Of a stretch of 34,786 nucleotides of DNA, positions 27,012 through 34,786 are shown one piece after another. The position numbers were made by a program, and so were the translations under genes. The notes under the pieces were generated by a model. The model had not been told where the DNA came from, ran no database searches, and saw only the letters and a list, made by a program, of their open reading frames with translations. The DNA is from Chlamydiales bacterium. Its GTDB lineage: Bacteria > Chlamydiota > Chlamydiia > Chlamydiales > JBDQID01. Position 1 is the stretch's first letter. The number at the start of each line of letters is the position of its first letter. The DNA lies in the NCBI GenBank assembly GCA_047611865.1, contig JBLFWS010000015.1, positions 1 through 34,786 on the forward strand. Reading direction: 5' to 3'.

Positions 27012-28280
27012 TTATAGGGATGTTAATTTTGTTTTTGTAAATGCACATGAAAATCCACCATCCCACCCATTTTTGTTGGGCAAAATCGTTTCGCATCTGA
27101 CAATTTGTAAGCCGAAGTCTTGGGAAAATCGTTCGACAGCTTTTTCATTTTCACTTTTGAGAATACTACAAGTCATATACCAAAGCTGGCCACCATCTTT
27201 TAAGAATTTTATGGCATTTTCAATGATGCCTGCTTGCAGTTCCTCGAGAGATTTGATTGATTGATCAGATAGGCGCCATCTAGCTTCAGGTCGTTTGTTT
27301 AAAACTCCAGAGTTGCTACAAGGAGCATCAACGATAATGATGTCAAAAAGTTCGTCTGATTGAAAGCTTTCTCCATTGGAGATGCTGATGTGGGCATCGA
27401 TATCATATTTTTGAAAGTTTTCATTTAATTTTAAAAGCTTATTTTCAGAGATATCGTTGGCAAAGAGTTCTGCTTTTGGAAAGTAGTCGTGTATCGCAAT
27501 CGTTTTGCCACCAGGGGAAGCACATAAATCGAGTACTTTTTCTGGAGCGTCGATCTTCTCACAAAGTTTTCCAAGTAGAGTTGCTGGAGTAACATTTTGG
27601 ATATAATAATTACTGGATTTGGAGATTTCAGGAAGAAGGCTTTTGTTTGTCAACTTCACGAAGGGAAAGGGTGAATTAACGAACATTGAGAGTTCTGGGT
27701 GCTCAATTTCTTTTGAGCGAACACGCACAGTAGTTGGAATAGGGGAATTGCTGGTCTGCATGATCTCGATTGATTTTTCCAAGCCGTAATCTTCAAGAAG
27801 ATGGGAAATGAAAAATTCAGGAAACGAAAAGTTGATGCTGAGGTCAGCTACGGAATTTCCTTGGGGGAGAGAAGATGGAGTGTCGGGAAGTTTGCGGAGT
27901 ACAGCATTCAAAAACTTTACAAAGTTGGAGTGACAGTATTTTCTTGCGATAGTCACACTTTCATTGGCCAAAGCATAGAGGGGTACCCTGTCCATGTAGT
28001 AGAACTGGTATAAGGCCGTACGAAGCAAGATCTTTTCTTTTGACTTGAGTGAGAGCTTCCCTGTTTGGGAGAGCTTTTTGGCAAGGTAGTCCAAAGAAAT
28101 TTTCTGTCTCTCGGTTCCGTAAGCGATCTCTTGGGCGAGAGAGAAGTCTAAGGATGAAGGAGAGTAATCCTCCGACCACTGGTCTAAATATTTTGAAAGA
28201 AAAGTATTGTCTCTTTGACAGGATAAAAGGGCAAGGTAAGCCGCTTCTCGTGCGCTAGGGGATGTTATTTTTTGTGTCAT
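27012..28280 (-). CDS. rsmB: 16S rRNA m5C967 methyltransferase RsmB/Sun (NusB-like N-terminus)
   Basis: 'FLNAVLR', 'LDLCASPGGKT', 'VDAPCSNSG' and 'YMTCSILKSENE'. Confidence 0.92.
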   Translation of the reverse strand: MTQKITSPSAREAAYLALLSCQRDNTFLSKYLDQWSEDYSPSSLDFSLAQEIAYGTERQKISLDYLAKKLSQTGKLSLKSKEKILLRTALYQFYYMDRVPLYALANESVTIARKYCHSNFVKFLNAVLRKLPDTPSSLPQGNSVADLSINFSFPEFFISHLLEDYGLEKSIEIMQTSNSPIPTTVRVRSKEIEHPELSMFVNSPFPFVKLTNKSLLPEISKSSNYYIQNVTPATLLGKLCEKIDAPEKVLDLCASPGGKTIAIHDYFPKAELFANDISENKLLKLNENFQKYDIDAHISISNGESFQSDELFDIIIVDAPCSNSGVLNKRPEARWRLSDQSIKSLEELQAGIIENAIKFLKDGGQLWYMTCSILKSENEKAVERFSQDFGLQIVRCETILPNKNGWDGGFSCAFTKTKLTSL

Positions 28281-29137
28281 AGGCTTTTTTGGTCTTCCTC
28301 ACAGTTCATTAAGGTAAGTAGACGACTAAGGTCATCCCAGTCGTAGTATTCGATACTGATTCGGCCTCTTTTTTTTCCAAGGCTTTGAATATTGACTTTT
28401 GATCCAAGTTTTCTTTGTATCTGTTCAGCAAGATCTTCAAGGTAGAAATCTCTTGTTCTGTAGATGAGCTTTCCGGATTTTGCTTTTTTTGTTAGCTTTG
28501 TCGCTAGCTGCTCAGTTTGTCGGACTGTAAGGTCGTCTCTTTGGATAATTTCGTGTAATAGCTGTTGCTTTTCGGCAGAGGGTAGAGAAAGTATTGCTTT
28601 TGCGTGCCCCATCGTAATAAGCCCCTGTCGGAGGTTGATTTGTATGGATTCGGGGAGTGACAAGAGTCTGAGGTAGTTGGCTACTGTGGAGCGTTGTTTT
28701 CCTATCTTGCTTGCAAGTTCCTGTTGATTAAAACCATATTGCTTGGTGAGCTCCTGCAATGCTTTGGCAATCTCTAAGGGATTAAGATCCTGCCTCTGGA
28801 CATTTTCGATGAGGGCAGCCTGAGCAGAATACATGTCATCAGTATCTTTTACTAGAACGGGGATTTTGCTGAGACCAGCAATCTTTGCTGCGCGTAGCCG
28901 TCTTTCTCCAGCTATAAGTTCGAAATTTTCGCTATTCGGTAGAGGTCTGACAAAGGGGGGGTGAATAATGCCGACCTCTTTTATTGAAGCTGCAAGTTCG
29001 TCTAGATCATGTTCTTTAAAATATTTGCGAGGCTGGTGGGGGTTGATAGAGATTCGAGAGATGTCAACTTCATAAATACAAGCGATCTGATTTTTTTGAT
29101 TAGGTCCTGAAGGTAAAATGCTGGATTCGTTTTTCAT
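28277..29137 (-). CDS. parB: Chromosome partition protein ParB/Spo0J
   Basis: 'NPHQPRK', 'IAGERRLRAA', 'ENVQRQDLNPLE', HTH 'RSTVANYLRLL' and 'MGHAKAIL'. Confidence 0.96.
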   Translation of the reverse strand: MKNESSILPSGPNQKNQIACIYEVDISRISINPHQPRKYFKEHDLDELAASIKEVGIIHPPFVRPLPNSENFELIAGERRLRAAKIAGLSKIPVLVKDTDDMYSAQAALIENVQRQDLNPLEIAKALQELTKQYGFNQQELASKIGKQRSTVANYLRLLSLPESIQINLRQGLITMGHAKAILSLPSAEKQQLLHEIIQRDDLTVRQTEQLATKLTKKAKSGKLIYRTRDFYLEDLAEQIQRKLGSKVNIQSLGKKRGRISIEYYDWDDLSRLLTLMNCEEDQKSL

Positions 29138-30144
29138 ATCTGACTACTGATGCTATCAAGTTGTTGTAAAAGAGCTTTTAAGACTTGTTCTCGGGATATC
29201 TCACTAGCATTTTCAGGGTGATGAAAGCAGGTGGCTTTTTCACTTAAAGGCTGCCATTCTTCTAATAGAGTTTCTCCAAAAAGGGTAACCTGGGGTTTTC
29301 CCATAGCGGCGGCAATGTGCATGATACCTCCGTCACCAATAAAGATAAGGTCGGAAAGGTCGAGGAGGGTGACGAATGTTTCAATATCATCAGAAGAGAT
29401 GGCTACAGAGGGGGCAAATAGTTGTTTTGAGAGTTTTTTGGCAATCTCTAGATCTTGAGCTAGGCAAGAGATTGCGATTCTTACGGGGTGAACGCGGTGT
29501 AAACGATTCAAAATATTTTTGTAAAATTCGATCCCTGGGTTACTTGAAGCTCTGTTGTAGGAAACTGAAATGAGAATTAAAGGAACATTTGTAGATAAAG
29601 GGGAAAGTTTTTGGCATACTATCTTTTCTTTGTTCTTTAAGACAGAGCTGGGGATTTTAATAGAGGGGTAAAGATGTTTAGGAACTTCTTTAAGGCTCGG
29701 ATCGAGGAGTTGCAGGGTTTTTAGGGATTGGTGGAGAATACGAGCTTTGCTATCGGAATACGGGACTGGGTTGTTTATCAGTGAGCGGTGCCAAGAGTTG
29801 TCAACAGTGGCGATTCGTTGTTGTGCTCCGAGGAAGTAAAGAAAAAAGTTGATGAGTTTCATTGGAGAAGTTTTAGCGGAAATCGCGAGATCAAAATTTT
29901 TGGAGCGATGTAAGTAGGCGCTACTAAGGACCGAAAGATATTTGTTGCCAGAAGGGAAGACGACGACTTCATCGGCTTTTGGAAGTAATGGGAGTATTGC
30001 TGCGTTGCTTTTATCGCAAAATAAGGTAATAGATGCTTGGGGAGCCTTTTCTCTCAAATAAAGAAGTAGAGGCATGGCGCAGATCATATCACCGAGGCCG
30101 TTCCTTCGGACGAGGGCAATGTTATTGACGTTTGTTAATGACAT
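29134..30144 (-). CDS. Glycosyltransferase family 9 (heptosyltransferase-like)
   Basis: 'GLGDMIC.MP' and 'IGDGGIMHIAAAMGKPQVTLFG'. Confidence 0.9.
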   Translation of the reverse strand: MSLTNVNNIALVRRNGLGDMICAMPLLLYLREKAPQASITLFCDKSNAAILPLLPKADEVVVFPSGNKYLSVLSSAYLHRSKNFDLAISAKTSPMKLINFFLYFLGAQQRIATVDNSWHRSLINNPVPYSDSKARILHQSLKTLQLLDPSLKEVPKHLYPSIKIPSSVLKNKEKIVCQKLSPLSTNVPLILISVSYNRASSNPGIEFYKNILNRLHRVHPVRIAISCLAQDLEIAKKLSKQLFAPSVAISSDDIETFVTLLDLSDLIFIGDGGIMHIAAAMGKPQVTLFGETLLEEWQPLSEKATCFHHPENASEISREQVLKALLQQLDSISSQI

Positions 30145-30171
30145 TTAAAAAATGGGGTTGCTTAGTTCTTA

Positions 30172-30303
30172 TATACCAATCACGTACTAAATTTGTGAAT
30201 TCTGAAAGCTAAAGTTTTTTCTGAATGGCTAAGTATCCAAATAAGGTGCCCGAGCAGGAAAAGATCAGCTTACGATTCACAATCGTGAGATAAGGTTGGT
30301 ATA
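30172..30303. repeat. Degenerate ERIC-like palindrome (opposite orientation)
   Basis: TATACCAA...TTGGTATA ends; TTGTGAAT/ATTCACAA stem; contains the reverse complement of the family motif (GCTGATCTTTTCCTGC). Confidence 0.7.
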
Positions 30304-30381
30304 ACATACTAGTGGAAAGATGGTCTTTGTACAAGTCTTCTTAATCTATGATTGCTAAGCATTTACTGAAGGGCCTTTTGC

Positions 30382-30410
30382 TTTACAATTAAATTGCACC
30401 GATATACGAT
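30382..30410 (+). promoter_or_regulatory. Putative sigma66-type promoter
   Basis: TTTACA, 17-nt spacer, TACGAT, about 50 nt before ATG 30459. Confidence 0.5.
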
Positions 30411-30458
30411 TTCGCATTTCTTTTATAACAAGTGGTCATATAAGGGTAAATTTGAAAT

Positions 30459-31253
30459 ATGGGCAAAGGCAAAAAGGCAAAAGACATGACAGATAACTCA
30501 AATCCTGAATCGGCATTTGTTGATACCGATTTTTTTGTTAGGTATTCCAAAGCCATTTTGTATTCAATAGTTGCTGTTATGCTTGTCCTCTTGTTGGTAT
30601 ACCGTATTGTTTCAAGTAGCCATACGAATGCCGAACGAGACTACTTGAGTGCTGAAGCTGACTACTCTCGCCTATATTCCAGTCAGGATCAGGGGGAAGA
30701 ATTTCTTTCCAACCTTCAGGATATACTCAATCGCCGAGTGGAGCTTCATCCCAAATATGATGGGCTGATTGCACAAGCTCTTTTAAAGCGAGGCGATCTC
30801 ACATTGGCAAAAGAATTTGCGACTTTGGCTTTGAAGCGCGTAGGTCAAGATTTTCGTGCTTATTACGGCGACTATTCAGAGAATACCCTGCTTATTTATG
30901 AAGGTAAATTTGAAGAGGCATTAGAACGAGCAAAGACACTTAAAACAGCTCTCTTAAAAAGCCCTCAAATTTATAGTACCGATGAAGTAGAGAAATATTA
31001 TGGAGAAGCTCTTTTTGCTTACAACCTCTTGAGAATTGCGATGTTAGAGCAGGAGGTCGGAAGACCTGAGGCAGAAAGAGAGGCTTGGGAGGAGTTAATT
31101 CGTCATGCCGGCTGGGATGGAACTTCTCTAGAAAATAGCGAATCCAAAAATGTCAGCAGCGTGGCTTATCAGCAAATTTGGTCTAATTTCCGTGAGAATG
31201 GTATTACTCTGCTCGACTATATCAAAGAAAGACAACAATCTTTTGCTAATTAG
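30459..31253 (+). CDS. Membrane-anchored TPR-like helical hypothetical protein
   Basis: Single N-terminal TM helix followed by TPR-like helices ('EGKFEEALERAK'). Confidence 0.75.
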   Translation: MGKGKKAKDMTDNSNPESAFVDTDFFVRYSKAILYSIVAVMLVLLLVYRIVSSSHTNAERDYLSAEADYSRLYSSQDQGEEFLSNLQDILNRRVELHPKYDGLIAQALLKRGDLTLAKEFATLALKRVGQDFRAYYGDYSENTLLIYEGKFEEALERAKTLKTALLKSPQIYSTDEVEKYYGEALFAYNLLRIAMLEQEVGRPEAEREAWEELIRHAGWDGTSLENSESKNVSSVAYQQIWSNFRENGITLLDYIKERQQSFAN

Positions 31254-31798
31254 AAATAAATAGATCATGCATTTCTCTTGCGTATTTTGTTATTAATTGT
31301 TACAAGAACGCTAGAGTTCTGTATATATCCTTTTTTTGTATATGTAGAATTTTGCTGTGCACGTGTAGTGTGCATCTGTCCATTGGGACAAAACCCAATA
31401 ACGATGGGACATAGGAGCGAAAAAGGGGGTGACACGAGTTATAAGCTTGGAACCATGATCATTGGGGTTGGACTATATATAAGTGGAAAATTGAACTTGT
31501 AGCGGATAGTAATTATTTTGTTACGAGATTTTAGAAAAAATATAATGGAACAAAGATAGTTAAGATAGGCCCTGTACAGGTATTTGGCTGAAAAAGTGCA
31601 TAGGAGCGTACTTCAAGAGGGGAGAGTGTGTCCTTAGTTGGTTGATGATGGAGAATTCCATTTGGCGAAAGAATGTGCAATTGAGACTTAATACCACCCG
31701 TCATTATTGGAGAATTTCAGCGTTGGGGAAGGCTGGTATAATGAGGGTATTACCTGATTCGATTTTTTATGGTCTTGGATACTATTACTAAGGGTGCT

Positions 31799-32095
31799 GT
31801 GAGGGGTTGTTTTTCAGTATTGGCCTAGTTAACTTCTACTTCTTTGTTCTTTGTCAACTGCCTAAGCGAGGCAGATGGAGATCGTACTGTGAGTAATTCC
31901 ATAGACGCAGTCCTAGACGACGCGCTGGAAGAACGGTCCGGAGAGGATTTGGCTTTTACAGTTAGGTATTCTTCTAACAAGTTTCTTTCGGCTCGACCGA
32001 GGTACTTTCAAAAGAGTAATACTAGCAGTAACAGGCAGCCCCTGATACTAACAGACGTGTCTGTTATCCAGGGACGCATTACTGTTTCGTTTTAA
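31799..32095 (+). pseudogene. Possible remnant of a secreted/outer-membrane protein with in-frame amber stop
   Basis: The GTG 31799 frame reads MRGCFSVLA*LTSTSLFFVNC... and ends VIQGRITVSF; a strong terminator follows. Confidence 0.35.
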
Positions 32096-32111
32096 TTTCT
32101 TTTGGTGTTTT

Positions 32112-32140
32112 AGGCGGCCACAATATGGCCGCCTTTTTTT
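32112..32140 (+). terminator. Intrinsic terminator
   Basis: Perfect 9-bp stem AGGCGGCCA-caata-TGGCCGCCT followed by a T-run. Confidence 0.85.
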
Positions 32141-32335
32141 GTCTTTCTTCTTTTTTTGATATACGGGATTTATCCACAAGCATTGAATTTACGAGGGATT
32201 TTTTTGTCTGTTAGAAAGCATAAATCTCGTCGTAGCTTGTATTTTGTTTAGTTTGATTTTGGGTTGTTTACAGCACACTAAAAGGCTCAAAAAGTGGGAT
32301 TTCGAAATTTTAATGTACAGTTAAACATGTTGAGC

Positions 32336-33200
32336 CTATACGTGATACTGTTTAAGGAATTATCATTCTCAAGTAAAATGGAACTTGGTAATGGATTCTA
32401 TGTCATTTCAATATATTGCATTTTTGAGGACCTACTCAATTTCTTAGGTGTATATGAGGATCCCCAAAACAAGATCTTCACTGTTGCAATAGTCTCTTCG
32501 TTATTCAAAATGGCTCTTTAAGTAGGCGTTGTTGCATAACTTAATACGTTTACAATCATTTATTTAAGCACATAGAGCACCGAGAACACAGAGAGATAGA
32601 AAAATGCATAAAGTCTCTCAGAATATGCTATCAACTGATCTGTGATTTTTTATTTTCTCTGTGCCCTCTGCGATATCGGTGGTATAATGTTAATCATAAG
32701 CCTCTTGTAGACTCATGTTTTATGCAACAACGCTCTTTAAGTATCAGAACCGCTAGTACAGAAGCATACTGAAGCATATTTTTGCACTTGGATAGGGGGT
32801 CTACAGGGTTTTCACAGTCGCAAAAATATTATTTGCGCAAAATTTAAAGTTTGTGAATGAGTCTGGTAAACTAAACAGTAGTGGTTTGAATAGATCACTG
32901 GAATTAATAGATTTCGTTTTGTTCAGTAAGCTTTAAAAAAATGGTAAAGTCCGATCTTCTACTTTCCGATACTTTCACTGAAGGAAAAGTCAGACCTCTC
33001 CTTAACTCATTAAAAAGGGCTTAAGACCAAAGCTCGAGTTAAAAAGAGAAGACTGATTTAACGGGCCGTTTCAGATGAAATCTCGAGTAGATAAATTCGA
33101 TAACCTCATCCGGCTTAGAGAATACATAACTTACTTTGCTAATATTGGTATCTCTTTCATCAGAATAGGATCCCAAGAGAAGTGGCTCTTCTACAATTTG
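32336..33200 (+). pseudogene. Decayed IS982-like transposase remnant (copy B), interrupted by MITE copy 2; boundaries approximate
   Basis: 'ISIYCIFEDLLNFLGVYEDPQNK' matches the IS982 N-terminal pattern; later fragment FVNESGK. DNA similar to 6560-6730. Confidence 0.6.
32525..32734. mobile_element. MITE copy 2 (210 bp), IS903-like TIRs
   Basis: TIR GGCGTTGTTGCATAA...TTATGCAACAACGCT. Perfect 9-bp TSD CTTTAAGTA at 32516-32524 and 32735-32743. Confidence 0.92.
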
Positions 33201-33321
33201 GGAGAACTTAGCAAGGAAACGTCTGTGTAAACTCTTAGCAAATTAAATGGCCTTAATTAACTAAGTTGGTACGGCATGTGGCCGTGCCTTAGGCTTAATT
33301 GTCGCATTTCGGAGGCAAACG

Positions 33322-33675
33322 ATGCCATTTAATACGCGATTTTGGGATGAGTTAGTCATTCAATCATACAAGACAATACTCAGACGCAAGCCAGAAAGCG
33401 CTCTGATACATACTAACCTTGGCTTGGCATATGTCAGGGTTGGAAAAGATAAAAAGGCTGTACGCTCTTTTCAAAGAGCCTTAAAGAATAACAAAAAGTA
33501 TGTAGAAGCCTACTATCATTTAGGGATGACTTATAGACGGCTTGGAAAAATTGAAGAAGCTTTGAGATGTTTTAACAATTACAACAAGTTAACCATCAAA
33601 ATGAAAACACACGACCCATTTGTTGATGAGGTTGTGGCAAAGTTAAAAGAAGAAGACCGCCAAACGTACGAATAG
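33322..33675 (+). CDS. TPR-repeat protein
   Basis: Two TPRs: 'HTNLGLAYVRVGKDKKAVRSFQRAL' and 'AYYHLGMTYRRLGKIEEALRCF'. RBS GGAGG. Confidence 0.88.
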   Translation: MPFNTRFWDELVIQSYKTILRRKPESALIHTNLGLAYVRVGKDKKAVRSFQRALKNNKKYVEAYYHLGMTYRRLGKIEEALRCFNNYNKLTIKMKTHDPFVDEVVAKLKEEDRQTYE

Positions 33676-33881
33676 AGGAGGAAGTTACAACTTTGTTTTG
33701 GGCTTCAGTGTTATGTGTTTAGTGGATGATTAATTTACGTTAACAAGGCAGGGTGTTCTTTGCTTTATTGTCCGCCAGAAGTACAAAAGAGACCGTGCTT
33801 TTATCCATAAAAGTTGACACTTTTCAAACTTGGCTATGTCCGGGCTGAGTTAGGAGAATACCAAAAGAAAGTAAGTATATT

Positions 33882-33912
33882 GCCGGAGAGGAGACTCTCC
33901 GGTATTTTTTTT
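33882..33912 (+). terminator. Intrinsic terminator with GAGA tetraloop
   Basis: GCCGGAGAG-gaga-CTCTCCGGT followed by a T-run. Confidence 0.8.
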
Positions 33913-34265
33913 GTTTTACAATCCAGTTTCTCATTTTATTCCTAAAAATATTTCACATTTTGATCTTAGGTCGTGTTTTCAAATAGTGAGTGCTGCTTTT
34001 GAATCGCACCCTATTATCCATACTTAGACAGGTATATCGGTTATGACCGATCTCAAAGTAGAGGGAAAGGCTCCCAAAGCGACACTCACTGGGCTATACC
34101 CTTGATGGGTGACTTAGCTTTGCATTCCATTAAGTAATAGGGCTGGTAGAGAGATTACTTGTTCATTGTGCTTTAACTGGGTAAAGATAAAAAAAGTATT
34201 TGTTAAAAAATAACAGAATTGTCCATACGAGCCAAACAGCATGTTAATTATTTTGGGGGGTAAAG

Positions 34266-34607
34266 ATGGGTGTAGAGACAAATAATCGAGGAACAATTAC
34301 CGAGGGAACGAAGTTTTTATTAACAAATGGTGATGGCTTAACGAAAGCCATTGTTCGAGCTTGGTCAGACAAAGCATATAAGGCTCGACTTTTCTCAAAT
34401 GCAAGGGCTGCATTGGCAGAATTAGAAATAAACTTGCCTAAGGAGATAAATTTTCGGATTCTTGAGGAGAAAACTGCAGATACATTAACCTTTATCTTGC
34501 CGCAGGCTCCAGATGAATCCACTTCCTTAACCCAGGAAGAATTAGAAAAGGCAGCTAAAGAAACCGTTATGTTTCTTAGTACGATCAATGCCATTTCAAC
34601 TCGTTGA
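34266..34607 (+). CDS. NHLP (nitrile hydratase-like leader peptide) family protein; RiPP precursor-like
   Basis: 'IVRAWSDKAYKARLFSNARAAL', 'LPKEINFRILEE...TLTFILP' and 'LTQEELEKAA'. Confidence 0.82.
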   Translation: MGVETNNRGTITEGTKFLLTNGDGLTKAIVRAWSDKAYKARLFSNARAALAELEINLPKEINFRILEEKTADTLTFILPQAPDESTSLTQEELEKAAKETVMFLSTINAISTR

Positions 34608-34616
34608 GTTTCTTAC

Positions 34617-34786
34617 GGCGTTGTTGCATAATTTAATACGCTTACAATCATTTATTTAACCACCGAGAGCACCGAGAACACAGAGAGATAGAAAAATGCA
34701 TAAAGTTTCTCAGAATATGCTATCAACTGATCTGTGATTTTTTATTTTCTCTGTGCCCTCTGTGATCTCGGTGGTAAAATTTTAAT
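34617..34786. mobile_element. MITE copy 3 (cut by window end)
   Basis: Left TIR GGCGTTGTTGCATAA; body near-identical to copies 1 and 2. Confidence 0.9.

Noticed and set aside
31410..31608. 10-bp direct repeat CATAGGAGCG about 190 bp apart
   Set aside because: Only two copies with no enclosed TIRs; compatible with chance.
32170..32178. Perfect DnaA box TTATCCACA (near-matches at ~27002, 33801 and 34015), suggesting oriC
   Set aside because: The boxes are isolated rather than clustered, and no dnaA or clear unwinding element is evident.
34010..34120. Hairpin-rich segment as a riboswitch or ncRNA upstream of the NHLP gene
   Set aside because: No conserved riboswitch, tRNA, tmRNA or 6S signature recognised by eye; an Rfam scan would be needed.
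34244..34594. Minus-strand 116-aa ORF, and other short ORFs nested in or antisense to confident genes
   Set aside because: These are shadow ORFs of well-supported CDSs.
34266..34607. Nitrile hydratase alpha subunit
   Set aside because: It lacks the CxxCSC metal-binding motif and is too short; it fits an NHLP leader instead.
9904..34786. Repeats as a CRISPR array
   Set aside because: The copies are dispersed ~200-bp units with TIRs and TSDs; there is no repeat-spacer periodicity and no cas gene.

Overview
Genomic segment of an environmental Chlamydiae-like bacterium. This is inferred from the lpdA-lipA ... sctJ-sctK-sctL-sctR-sctS-sctT gene order and several chlamydia-type hypothetical proteins. 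Core genes: rluA-family synthase, rpsT, lpdA, lipA, a MATE transporter, the T3SS sctJKLRST cluster, pgeF, queF, rsmB, parB and a GT9 glycosyltransferase. Accessory or effector-like genes: patatin phospholipase, a PI-PLC-like protein with degenerate catalytic motifs, an NHLRC2/SOQ1-like thioredoxin-NHL protein, a strongly eukaryote-like AN1 zinc finger, an Inc-like protein, a TPR protein and an NHLP-leader (RiPP precursor-like) peptide. The intergenic DNA holds many nested non-autonomous elements: (1) three copies of a ~200-210 bp MITE with IS903-like TIRs and 9-bp TSDs; (2) a 333-bp ISAs1-like MITE with a 9-bp TSD; (3) two decayed IS982-like transposase remnants, each hit by a different MITE; (4) a family of ERIC-like long palindromes whose arms differ in sequence but share a bulged internal motif. 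No rRNA, tRNA or CRISPR array was recognised. All family assignments come from motif recognition by eye, not from database searches.
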